A DNA stretch of 31,512 nt from an uncultured Planctomycetaceae bacterium (GCA_963976765.1 CAXBME010000032.1:62001-93512); one strand, 5' to 3'; numbered from the stretch's first letter, positions 18,298 through 27,745 are shown. The notes: generated by a model from the letters alone, not told the origin. A program made the numbers and translations.

Positions 18298-21200
18298 ATG
18301 AACGATTCATCCGTCGCGGCGAAGACTTTCTTCAGGCTCCTGGTCATTGTCGTTTCCGGTTCAGGTTTCTTTGATAACGTCGATGCTTTCGGACAAATCG
18401 ATCAACAGCTTCTGCCTCCGGAAGAGGCCGCCCGGACGATGATCGTTCCGAACGGCTTCAATGTGACTCTGTTTGCGGGCGAGCCGGACGTTCAACAGCC
18501 GGTAGGGTTCTGCATCGATGACCGAGGTCGTCTATGGGTAGCTGAAGCGTACAGCTATCCGAACCACAGCGCGACTGGCAGCGATCGGATCGTCATCTTT
18601 GAAGACTCTGACGGCGACGGTCGACATGACAAACGCACGGTTTTTTACGATCAGCTCAACTATGTGACCGGTATCGAAACTGGTTTTGGCGGCGCGTGGG
18701 TGATGTCGCCTCCGAATCTTTATTTCATCCCCGATCGCGACGGTGATGACCGGCCGGATGATGAGCCTCAAATCCTGCTCGACGGTTTCGGGACTCACGC
18801 CAATGCGCATAACCTGGCGAATGGTTTTGCCTGGGGACCGGATGGCTGGCTGTACGGAACTCACGGTCGGACGAACTGGTCGATGATCGGTAAGCCGGGC
18901 ACGCCAGAAGAGGATCGCGTTCGATTTGACGGCGGTGTTTATCGGTATCACCCCGTTCAGAACGTGTGGGAACCGTACGCTGACGGAACGACGAACCCCT
19001 GGGGCATCGACTGGAATGATCACGGCCAGGCATTCATTACGAACTGTGTGAACCCTCATTTGTTTCACGTGATTCCGGGGGCCCATTACGAGCCGTGGCG
19101 CAACCGGAAGTCCAGCGAGTTTGCTTACGAGCGGATTCCGACGATCGCCGACCATCTTCATTACACCGGGACCGCAAACTATCGCGATGGAGCTGGCACG
19201 GAAGCGGAAGACGCAGCAGGCGGCGGGCACGCTCATTGCGGAACGATGATTTACCTCGGCGACAACTGGCCGGACCGATACCGCAACACGCTCTTCACAA
19301 ACAACATCCACGGACGGCGCATCAACAATGACATTCTTCGTCGGTCCGGTTCGGGGTACCTCGCCTCGCACGGCCCGGACATCATGCGGTCTCGCGATTC
19401 CTGGTTTGTCGGCGTGACCTTGCAGTACGGCCCGGACGGTAGCGTTTTTGTGATCGACTGGTCAGACACCGGCGAGTGTCACAGTGTGCGGAATACGCAG
19501 CGCCAGACCGGGCGACTCTATAAGATTTCGTACGGCACAGCTCAGCCGGCAAAGTTAGAACTGTCGACTGCATCAAACGAACGGCTGGTCGAACTGCAGA
19601 CTCATAAGAACGACTGGTTCGTTCGCCACGCTCGACGACTTCTGCAGGAGCGAGCGAGTTCCGGTGTTGAAATGGGCCTGACGGTGGAGCGACTTCGGGC
19701 GATGTTCGAAACCGAAACCGACGTCCCGCGAAAGCTGCGAGCGTTGTGGGCACTCCACGTGGTCGGCGGACTCGACGAAGCGGCCTTGCTGAAGCATCTC
19801 GAAGACCCGAGTGAACATGTCCGTGTCTGGGCGATTCAGTTGCTGGTTAAGAATCGGCGGAAAGGCTCGAAGAACAGTCCGGTGGTCACAAGCGACCTGT
19901 CTCAAAGTGCTGAGTTGTCGCCGTCAGCTTTGCAGAAATTGATCAATCTGTCTGTGGCTGATCCGTCACCGCTGGTTCGACTTTACCTGGCGAGTGCATT
20001 GCAGCGGCTGAGCTTTGAGTTTCGATGGTCAATCGGGGAAGCTCTGGCTGCCCATCCAGAGAACAATTCCGACGTCAACATTCCGCTCATGTTGTGGTAT
20101 GGCGTCGAGCCGTTAATTCATGACGATCCTCTACGATTTGCGTCTCTGACATCGACTTCGAAGATTTCGACGTTGCGGCGTCACGGAGCGAGGCGAATTG
20201 CCTCACTGGTCTCGGACGAGGCTCGCGCTGAGTTGTTAACAGAGGTTCTTACAAGGGCCAGAGACGCTGAGTCGCAAAGTGACGTCCTGAATGGAATTCT
20301 GCGAGGTCTTGAAGGTCGGCGTCGCGTCACGGTGCCTCCTTATTGGCGCGAAACTTATGCTCGTTTGCAGGAGAGCGAGAATGAGGACGTTCGACAAAGA
20401 TCGATTCAGCTTGCTCTGATTTTTGATGACAAGGACGCGATTGCACAGTTGAAACGAGTCGCGGAAGATCGCTCGGAAAAATCAACGAAGCGCGTTGTCG
20501 CCATCGATTCTCTGGTGGCGAGCAGGGTTTATGGTTTTGCTGACGTGCTGCTTCGGCTGATTGATGATGAGGCTGTGCTTTCAAACGTGTTGCGAGGATT
20601 GGCCGAGTACGACCATCCTGACACCGTGCAGGCGATTCTTCGTCGATATGCGCAGATGTCCGTTGTCGCTCGGCAACAGGCCATCCAGACTTTGGCATCT
20701 CGTTCTGCATGGGCTGGGCGCTTGTTGTCAGAGATTGAGGCCGGGCGGATTGAAGCGGGCGATGTTTCGGCTTTCGTCGCGCGGCAGATTCGGAATCTGG
20801 GCGATACTCGACTGACCGCTCGCTTGAATGCAGTGTGGGGAGAAGTTCGCGAGACGCCTCGAGACCGTGCGCGGCGCATCGCCGGTTTCAAGGAGCGACT
20901 GACGCCGGACGAACTCGCACATGGCGATCTGAGTGCTGGCCGAGCGGTCTTTGCCAGACTGTGTGCTAACTGCCATCGATTGTTCGACGCCGGTCGGGAA
21001 GTCGGCCCCAACATCACCGGAGCTCAACGGAATAACCTCGACTATCTGCTGGAGAATCTGATTGATCCGAGTGCTCAGGTTTCTCGTGATTTTCAGATGG
21101 AAGTCGTCGTGACTGAATCCGGTCGAGTGGTGACCGGCCTGGTTAAATCGGAAACTGACGCGGCAATCACGGTTTCAACGATCGAGTCGGAAATCGTTAT

Positions 21201-21930
21201 CCCGGTCAACGAAATCGAAGCTCGAAAAAAATCTGATGTTTCGATGATGCCAGAAGGGCAACTCAGAACCCTGACGTTCACTCAGACGAGAGATTTGATT
21301 GCGTACCTGGGCAGTCCGAAACAGGTTCCGCTTCCGGCTGATGACGAGGACTGGGTCTCGTTGTTTAACGGTCGAGATCTGACTGGCTGGCGGGCGAATG
21401 AGAAGCCGGAGTCGTTTATCGTCGAGGATGGCCTGTTGAAAGCGCACGGTCTCAACGGCATGTCGCATCTCTTTTACACGGGTGATGACAGGAAGGATGA
21501 CGCGTTTGTGAACTTCGAATTCGAGGCGGAGATCCGGGGCGAACCGAATTCAAATTCGGGCATCTTCTTTCATACCGACCGCAAGCTGCGAAACGGTAAG
21601 TACCTGAATAAGGGCTACGAAGTTCAGCTCAACAGCACGGCAAAAGAAAAGCGAAAGACCGGCAGCCTGTACGCCGTTGTTGACCTGGCTGAATCGCCGG
21701 TGGATGAAACAAAGTGGTTCACGCTGAGATTTAAAGTTGACGGCAAACACATTGTAGTCTGGCTCGACGGTAGAAAAGTGACCGACTACGTTGAACCGAA
21801 AAATCCAGATCGACCAGCATCGCGAGTAAAACGTTTGATAGATCCCAGAGGCGGCGCGATCGCCATCCAGGCTCATGATCCAGGCAGCGTCTTCTACTTC
21901 CGCAGCATCCGCATTCGGCGATTGCCGTAA
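18298..21930 (+). CDS. PVC-type membrane-bound dehydrogenase-like beta-propeller + HEAT repeats + heme-binding CxxCH domain + C-terminal DUF1080 (3-keto-disaccharide hydrolase-like) domain
   Basis: GFNVTLFAGEP, DDRGRLWVAE, WGPDGWLYG and GPDGSVFVIDW; HEAT-like helical middle; CANCH...GPNITG...SMMPEG; then WVSLFNGRDLTGW...NSGIFF...GYEVQL...IAIQAHD...FRSIRIR. Confidence 0.93.
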   Translation: MNDSSVAAKTFFRLLVIVVSGSGFFDNVDAFGQIDQQLLPPEEAARTMIVPNGFNVTLFAGEPDVQQPVGFCIDDRGRLWVAEAYSYPNHSATGSDRIVIFEDSDGDGRHDKRTVFYDQLNYVTGIETGFGGAWVMSPPNLYFIPDRDGDDRPDDEPQILLDGFGTHANAHNLANGFAWGPDGWLYGTHGRTNWSMIGKPGTPEEDRVRFDGGVYRYHPVQNVWEPYADGTTNPWGIDWNDHGQAFITNCVNPHLFHVIPGAHYEPWRNRKSSEFAYERIPTIADHLHYTGTANYRDGAGTEAEDAAGGGHAHCGTMIYLGDNWPDRYRNTLFTNNIHGRRINNDILRRSGSGYLASHGPDIMRSRDSWFVGVTLQYGPDGSVFVIDWSDTGECHSVRNTQRQTGRLYKISYGTAQPAKLELSTASNERLVELQTHKNDWFVRHARRLLQERASSGVEMGLTVERLRAMFETETDVPRKLRALWALHVVGGLDEAALLKHLEDPSEHVRVWAIQLLVKNRRKGSKNSPVVTSDLSQSAELSPSALQKLINLSVADPSPLVRLYLASALQRLSFEFRWSIGEALAAHPENNSDVNIPLMLWYGVEPLIHDDPLRFASLTSTSKISTLRRHGARRIASLVSDEARAELLTEVLTRARDAESQSDVLNGILRGLEGRRRVTVPPYWRETYARLQESENEDVRQRSIQLALIFDDKDAIAQLKRVAEDRSEKSTKRVVAIDSLVASRVYGFADVLLRLIDDEAVLSNVLRGLAEYDHPDTVQAILRRYAQMSVVARQQAIQTLASRSAWAGRLLSEIEAGRIEAGDVSAFVARQIRNLGDTRLTARLNAVWGEVRETPRDRARRIAGFKERLTPDELAHGDLSAGRAVFARLCANCHRLFDAGREVGPNITGAQRNNLDYLLENLIDPSAQVSRDFQMEVVVTESGRVVTGLVKSETDAAITVSTIESEIVIPVNEIEARKKSDVSMMPEGQLRTLTFTQTRDLIAYLGSPKQVPLPADDEDWVSLFNGRDLTGWRANEKPESFIVEDGLLKAHGLNGMSHLFYTGDDRKDDAFVNFEFEAEIRGEPNSNSGIFFHTDRKLRNGKYLNKGYEVQLNSTAKEKRKTGSLYAVVDLAESPVDETKWFTLRFKVDGKHIVVWLDGRKVTDYVEPKNPDRPASRVKRLIDPRGGAIAIQAHDPGSVFYFRSIRIRRLP

Positions 21931-22061
21931 GTTCCTCGATCAATCGACCGTGTGCGGTCAGAAGTCTTCGTTGGGTGAGGGCGCAGCCGTAGCTTTTGGC
22001 CGATTTGGGAGCATGTCAGAAATAGCTTCCCGATTGCAGCCGGCGACTCGCAGCGCATCGG

Positions 22062-23501
22062 TTATCGGGAATTTCTTTTCGGCACATTCTTAAGCAGACT
22101 GATTGCCCAGACTGCAAATGAGGCCACCATACCGGGAAGCAGTTTGAAGATGTGGGCGTCGTAGCCGGAAGCGTTCCAGGCAATGACGGTGGCGACTCCG
22201 GCGGTCATCATCAGGGCGACGGTAAGTGACGACAGCGGGACGTGGAACAGTCGCAGCATTAATGCCGGGCCGAGCCCAGCTCCGAGGGCCGACCACGCGA
22301 TCAGGACCAGTGAGAAGACTCCTTGTCCGGCAAACAGAGCGATCGATAGCGCCAGTGCTGTGACCGCCAGCGTCGCAAGCTTTCCAGCAAGGTAAGAGTC
22401 TTTCCAGTTCGGGTTGATATCCTGTGTGATCGCGCCGGAACAGACGAGGATCTGCGAATCCGCAGTCGACATGGTTGCGGCGAACAGTCCGGCCAGTGTC
22501 AGGCCAATCAGAACATCCGGAAGCAGGCGGCGAGCCATTTCGGGCATGGCAAGTTCAGTCGCCGCTGATTCGCTCATGCCAGCGGTCAGAGGGATATCCA
22601 GCAGGTCGGGCATCAAGGCGCGAGCATAGAGTCCGACAGCAATACTCGCCAGAAAAAACGGGATGAACCACAGGAAGTACACATTGCGGGCTCGTGGAAT
22701 GTCGTCAATTGAACGGATCGCCATGAAGCGAACCAGAATGTGCGGTTGACCGATCGCCCCGAAGCCACCGAATGTCATACCCAGCAGGTACATCGCGAAG
22801 CCGAACTTCAGGTCTTGTGGAAACCATTCGACAAGCATTGGATCCTGAGTCTTGAGGTTGCTCCAGACCTCGGACGGACTGCCGACTTCAAAGCTCGCGG
22901 CAACAAGCAGGGTCGCCATTGCCGAAATCATCACGAACGACTGAGCGGCGTCCGTCCAGATGGATGCTCGAATTCCCCCCGAGAAACAGTACAGGACCAC
23001 GATCGCCGCTCCAATCACAGCTCCGAGTCGTGGGTCCCAGCCAAACAGCGTCTGAAGAGCCGTGCTCCCCGCCTTCAGCTGAGCGGCCGCATAGACGCCG
23101 AGCAGCACAAACGTAAGCAGTCCTGCCAGGATGACGATGACTCGTTGCGAACCATCACGGTGACTCCCCAGCAAAGCCGGAACGGTCGCAACACCCGCTT
23201 CTTCCGACTGACGCCGTACTCGTGGATGCACAAGCAACCACGCAACTAAATCGCCCATCACCCAGCCAACCATCATCCACACTGATTCGATACCAACTCG
23301 GTACGTGTAGGCGATCAGGCCGATGAACATAAATCCGCTATTATTAGTTGCTACGGCAGATAATGCGGCGAGCCAGGGAGCCACCGATCGGCCCGCCATA
23401 AGATAATCATCGGTTGTGTTTTGAGCTTTTAGTGATGATGCCACGCCGATCGCCACGAAGACTGTAAGAAACACCAGGAAGCTGGCAATGACCGTGGACA
23501 T
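22062..23501 (-). CDS. Sodium/solute symporter (PutP/SSS family), probable compatible-solute importer
   Basis: DYLMAGRS, ALSAVATNNSGFMFIG, GGIRASIWTDAAQ, GQPHILVRFMA and AATMSTADSQIL; many TM segments; divergent from ectA. Confidence 0.92.
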   Translation of the reverse strand: MSTVIASFLVFLTVFVAIGVASSLKAQNTTDDYLMAGRSVAPWLAALSAVATNNSGFMFIGLIAYTYRVGIESVWMMVGWVMGDLVAWLLVHPRVRRQSEEAGVATVPALLGSHRDGSQRVIVILAGLLTFVLLGVYAAAQLKAGSTALQTLFGWDPRLGAVIGAAIVVLYCFSGGIRASIWTDAAQSFVMISAMATLLVAASFEVGSPSEVWSNLKTQDPMLVEWFPQDLKFGFAMYLLGMTFGGFGAIGQPHILVRFMAIRSIDDIPRARNVYFLWFIPFFLASIAVGLYARALMPDLLDIPLTAGMSESAATELAMPEMARRLLPDVLIGLTLAGLFAATMSTADSQILVCSGAITQDINPNWKDSYLAGKLATLAVTALALSIALFAGQGVFSLVLIAWSALGAGLGPALMLRLFHVPLSSLTVALMMTAGVATVIAWNASGYDAHIFKLLPGMVASFAVWAISLLKNVPKRNSR

Positions 23502-23660
23502 GTGGATGATCTCTAAGGGATGTTCGACGCAACTCTTGTCGTACAAGAGTATTGTGGCGCCGTTCGTGCGGCAGGAAATGATGACGCTGAAACAAACGAG
23601 CACTTCAGCTGGTTCAGGCGACTGGGGAGCGATCACGGAAACTGTGATCTGTCATCCCTC

Positions 23661-23736
23661 TTGAAATTTTGTGGGCGTTGAGTATGGTGCATGCCACAGA
23701 AATAAATGCAAGGCTAAATAGTTCCTGCATATTATT
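23661..23736 (+). promoter_or_regulatory. Candidate ectA promoter and AT-rich pseudo-palindromic operator
   Basis: TTGAAA (23661-23666)-16 nt-TATGGT (23683-23688), then the imperfect inverted repeat AATAAATGCAAGG-ctaaatagtt-CCTGCATATTATT (23701-23736). Confidence 0.4.
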
Positions 23737-23799
23737 ACCGGTCGGCTGTGATGGCTGGGGACCGCCTTCGTTAACGCCTCAGAGTTAGACGTTCAAAGT

Positions 23800-24315
23800 A
23801 TGCTGGAGTCTGAGAAACGGGAGTTCATACTCCGACGTCCACGCCTCGAGGATGCCCCCTGGATCTGGCGACTGGTTCGCGAGACCGGTGTGCTCGATGA
23901 AAACTCGTCGTATGTGTACTTGCTGTTGTGCCGCGACTTTGCTGACACATGTCTCGTGGCGGAGCGGGATTCTCAGCTTGCCGGGTTCGTGACGGCGTAC
24001 CGTCTACCGCTGCGGACGGATGTGTTGTTTGTCTGGCAGATCGGCGTCAGCTCGATGGCTCGCCGCCAAGGGCTTGGATTGCGGATGCTCACGGAGCTGA
24101 TTTCTCGCTGCCGTGATGAGAATGACGGCGGAGTCTCATTCGTCGAGGCGACTGTAGCGCTGTCAAACGAACCATCACAGAGGCTGTTTAAGTCGCTGGC
24201 GGCACGTCTGGAAGCACAGTTGGTTCATGGGGAAGGATTCCTGGAGACAGACTTCCGTTTTGGCAATCACGAAGCCGAACCTCTGATTCGGATCGGGCCG
24301 ATCGGTGACAACTGA
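23800..24315 (+). CDS. ectA: L-2,4-diaminobutyrate acetyltransferase
   Basis: LDENSSYVYLLLCRDFADTCLVAE, LFVWQIGV, RRQGLG, N..S..LF and HEAEPL.RIGP; first gene of the ectABCD cluster. Confidence 0.95.
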   Translation: MLESEKREFILRRPRLEDAPWIWRLVRETGVLDENSSYVYLLLCRDFADTCLVAERDSQLAGFVTAYRLPLRTDVLFVWQIGVSSMARRQGLGLRMLTELISRCRDENDGGVSFVEATVALSNEPSQRLFKSLAARLEAQLVHGEGFLETDFRFGNHEAEPLIRIGPIGDN

Positions 24316-24440
24316 CGACGGCATCTAAAATCGAGGTGTAGTCCGGGATGGTCAGGCTGCAACCTGGGTTCGATGCACTTTCAAGTTACCGTCAGGCAAT
24401 TACTCGACAAACTCACTACGCGTTCAGGAGCAACGATTTG

Positions 24441-25706
24441 ATGGATACCTTCGAAAGGCTTGAGAGCAATGTTCGTGGTTATTGCCGCGCATTTCCGACA
24501 GTGTTTGAAACCGCGAACGGTCATACGCTGACTGACGAGGACGGTCGCGAGTACATCGATTTCTTTGCTGGGGCCGGGGCGCTGAACTACGGGCATAATC
24601 ATCCGGTTCTGAAGCGGAGCCTCATCGAGTACCTCAGCGGCAACGGCATTGTGCATTCTCTCGACATGGCGACATCGGCCAAGCGACGTTTTCTGGATAC
24701 CTTTGAAGAGGTCATCCTGCAACCGCGGAATCTTGACTACAAAGTTATGTTTCCAGGGCCGACAGGCACGAATTCTGTGGAATCTGCGCTCAAGCTGGCT
24801 CGCAAAGTAACCAGTCGACACAACATCGTTTCGTTTACCAATGGCTTTCACGGAATGACACTCGGATCACTGGCGCTTACTGGCAATAGCGGTAAGCGTG
24901 CCGGAGCTGGCGTGCCCCTCAGCCATGTCAGCCATATGCCTTACTGCGACTACCTCGGAACCGAAGCTGACACGATTGCTCAGCTGGAGCGATTTCTGGA
25001 AGACTCAAGCAGCGGTCTTGATTTGCCAGCGGCGTTCATCCTCGAAACGGTACAGGCCGAAGGCGGTGTCAATGTGGCGACCTGCGGTTGGCTGAAGGCA
25101 CTGGCTGAACTTGCAGCGCGCTACGAAGTGCTGCTGATTGTCGACGACATTCAGGTAGGCTGCGGCCGCACCGGGCCTTTTTTCAGTTTCGAGTCCTTCG
25201 GGCTGCAACCGGACATTGTCTGCTTGTCGAAGTCATTGTCCGGTTACGGGCTACCGTTCGCGATTACCTTAATGAAGCCGCACCTCGACGCGTTTGATCC
25301 GGGCGAACACAACGGCACGTTCCGCGGCCACAACGCAGCGTTCGTCACAGCGACAGCTGCGATCGACGAGTTCTGGCGCAACGATGAGCTGTCTCGTAAA
25401 GTCCGCCGCGACGCTGAACTGATCAGAGACACGTTGCTCGATCTCGCGTCTGAGTATGACGGTGAGATTCGCGGACGAGGGATGATTCAAGGTATCCAGT
25501 TCGAGACTCCGGATGTGGCCAGTGAGATTTCACGAGCTGCCTTCGAACGTGGATTGATCATCGAGACCGCTGGCCCGCAGGATGAAGTCGTCAAGGCGTT
25601 GCCACCGCTGACCATCACTGACGAGGGGCTCCGCGAGGGGCTTGGTATTCTGCAAGATAGCGTTAAGGCTGTTATGTCTCGCGAGTTTGCAGGAGCGGAC
25701 AGGTAG
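24441..25706 (+). CDS. ectB: Diaminobutyrate--2-oxoglutarate transaminase
   Basis: FERLESNVRGYCRAFP, DFFAGAGALNYGHN, FPGPTGTN, DDIQVGCGRTG, the PLP lysine in LSKSLSG, and GEHNGTFRG; RBS AGGAG at 24426-24430. Confidence 0.97.
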   Translation: MDTFERLESNVRGYCRAFPTVFETANGHTLTDEDGREYIDFFAGAGALNYGHNHPVLKRSLIEYLSGNGIVHSLDMATSAKRRFLDTFEEVILQPRNLDYKVMFPGPTGTNSVESALKLARKVTSRHNIVSFTNGFHGMTLGSLALTGNSGKRAGAGVPLSHVSHMPYCDYLGTEADTIAQLERFLEDSSSGLDLPAAFILETVQAEGGVNVATCGWLKALAELAARYEVLLIVDDIQVGCGRTGPFFSFESFGLQPDIVCLSKSLSGYGLPFAITLMKPHLDAFDPGEHNGTFRGHNAAFVTATAAIDEFWRNDELSRKVRRDAELIRDTLLDLASEYDGEIRGRGMIQGIQFETPDVASEISRAAFERGLIIETAGPQDEVVKALPPLTITDEGLREGLGILQDSVKAVMSREFAGADR

Positions 25707-25815
25707 CAAGCATCGATAGACGCGTCTGGGGCAGACTCGATGCCTGAAGGCTGCCACCGTAGGCATCTGTAAAACAACTCGTAATCTTCGAAAAAGCCAC
25801 GATCGACGAAACACT

Positions 25816-26217
25816 ATGAAAATTGTCCGACTCAATGATCTCAAAGGATCAGACCGTGAGGTCATTAGCCCTGATGGCTGGACCAGTTATCGGTTTTTGC
25901 TCGCTGGCGACGGCATGGGCTTTTCGATGCACGAGACTGTCTTCCCGGCAGGGCTCGAATTTCAAATGTGGTACAAGCATCATCTCGAAGCGGTGTACTG
26001 TTACTCGGGTACGGGCGTTATCACGAATCTCGAAACCGATGAGCAGCACGACATCAGCCCTGGCACGCTGTACGCCCTTGACAAACACGATCGACACATC
26101 CTGAAAGCGCATACGGAATTGCGACTCGTGTGCACATTCAACCCGCCGGTTACCGGCCGTGAGATTCACGACGAAGATGGTGCCTACGCCGTGCCTGATA
26201 ATGGTACGCCGCGGTAG
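25816..26217 (+). CDS. ectC: L-ectoine synthase
   Basis: DGMGFSMHET, WYKHHLEAVYC, PGTLYALDKHDRH and FNPPVTGREIHDEDGAY. Confidence 0.97.
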   Translation: MKIVRLNDLKGSDREVISPDGWTSYRFLLAGDGMGFSMHETVFPAGLEFQMWYKHHLEAVYCYSGTGVITNLETDEQHDISPGTLYALDKHDRHILKAHTELRLVCTFNPPVTGREIHDEDGAYAVPDNGTPR

Positions 26218-26252
26218 GAAATCACGGGCTGGCTAGTAAAGAGTTTGCGACT

Positions 26253-27143
26253 ATGACCGCTGCAACATTCACCGATCCCTACCACTCCCGAACGACCGAC
26301 ACCTGGGAAGCAACAAGTCGGGTTGACCCGACTGTCTGGGGTGATACTTCCGGACCGCTGACTTCACAGCAACTGGAGACCTACCGGCAAGACGGTTTCC
26401 TGTTCTTTCCCAACCTGATTACCGGTGACGAAGTTGAGTCACTCATTGCCGAAGCCAAGTCACTATCTGCCGAGTGGCCCTCTGAACGAGCAGGTCTCGT
26501 TCGTGAGCCGGATTCCGACGTTGTGCGGTCGATCTTCCGACTGCATCGCATCAGCGATCTTTATCAGCGGTTGTTTGCCGACTCGCGACTCGTAGACAGA
26601 GCACGCCAGTTGCTTGGCTCAGACGTTTACATTCATCAGTCGCGCATCAACTACAAACCGGCACTGGACGGGAAAGAATTCTTCTGGCACTCAGACTTTG
26701 AGACGTGGCACGTCGAAGATGGCATGCCCCGGATGAGAGCGGTCAGCATGTCGGTGTTTCTAACCGAAAGCCACGAGTTCAATGGCCCACTCATGTTGGT
26801 TCCTGGCTCGCACGAAACTTACATCCGCTGCGTCGGCGAGACGCCGGTCAATCACCACGAACGATCACTGCGTCGTCAGGAATACGGAGTCCCCAGCCGC
26901 GAGGCTCTCAAACAACTGGTACGCCAGAGCCGCGGCATAGAAGCCCCGAAAGGCTCAGCCGGCTCAGTCATCTTCTTCGAATGCAACATCATGCACGGTT
27001 CGTGTGGCAATCTAAGTCCTGAGCCACGAGTCAACCTGTTTGCTGTTTACAACAGTGTCAACAACTCACTCGTTGCTCCGTTCAGCAGTCGGCATCCGCG
27101 CCCAATGTATCTGGCAGAACGCGAGGTCACACCGATCGTTTAG
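26253..27143 (+). CDS. ectD: Ectoine hydroxylase
   Basis: Signature FFWHSDFETWHVEDGMP, plus HQSRINYKP, NGPLMLVPGSH, QEYGVP and MHGS. Confidence 0.97.
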   Translation: MTAATFTDPYHSRTTDTWEATSRVDPTVWGDTSGPLTSQQLETYRQDGFLFFPNLITGDEVESLIAEAKSLSAEWPSERAGLVREPDSDVVRSIFRLHRISDLYQRLFADSRLVDRARQLLGSDVYIHQSRINYKPALDGKEFFWHSDFETWHVEDGMPRMRAVSMSVFLTESHEFNGPLMLVPGSHETYIRCVGETPVNHHERSLRRQEYGVPSREALKQLVRQSRGIEAPKGSAGSVIFFECNIMHGSCGNLSPEPRVNLFAVYNSVNNSLVAPFSSRHPRPMYLAEREVTPIV

Positions 27144-27202
27144 TGACGAAACGACAGGACGTCGGCACGGTCGTGAGTCCTTAGGCCCAATCGCTCGAAC
27201 TC

Positions 27203-27745
27203 TTAAAACCCCGAAGACGTCTCTCGCACCGGTGGCTTTCCGGTCGCAGCATTCGGACGAACATCCAGTTCCGGAGTCAGAACCGGTGCTGCATCCAGTC
27301 GCTCAGCATCCATCAGTTCTACGATTCGCTCCAAGGCCTTGAGCAGCCCCAGCCGCTCAACCGGATCAAGAGTTTCGAGCCCTTCCAGAAACTGCTCATG
27401 CAGCGGCGTCGGCAAATTATCCAGACGCTGTTGTCCTGCTTCAGTCAGTGACAGGCAAACTTTGCGGCGATCGACACTTCGCCGCTCACGACGAATAAAT
27501 TCGTTCTTCTCCAGCCGATCAAGAATCCTTGAAACCGTGGCGGCAGAAAGTTGCACAGCATCAGCCACCCTGGCGACGGTTACCTCAGTTTCCACTGGGA
27601 AATCAGCAATCGCTTTCAGACAGAGCATCTGAGGGACGCTCAGGCCGCCGTGTCTGCCAACACTGCGCGAGTGTTCGGACGTCCGTCGAATAATTCGACG
27701 AATCGCTCGCAGAATCTGAAAACCAAGTGAGTTTTCCTGCTCCAA
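27203..27745 (-). CDS. MarR-family transcriptional regulator, EctR1/CosR-like
   Basis: ILRAIRRIIR...GLSVPQMLCL...LSAATVSRILDRLE...DRRKV.LSLT..G...PTPLHEQF...LERIVELMDAERLDAAPVL; adjacent to ectD. Start is TTG 27745 or 27775. Confidence 0.88.
   Translation of the reverse strand: MEQENSLGFQILRAIRRIIRRTSEHSRSVGRHGGLSVPQMLCLKAIADFPVETEVTVARVADAVQLSAATVSRILDRLEKNEFIRRERRSVDRRKVCLSLTEAGQQRLDNLPTPLHEQFLEGLETLDPVERLGLLKALERIVELMDAERLDAAPVLTPELDVRPNAATGKPPVRETSSGF

Noticed and set aside
12794..19371. Long antisense ORFs (12794-13522, 15065-15754, 17310-17867, 18532-19371)
   Set aside because: Shadow frames opposite well-supported genes, as expected in GC-rich DNA.
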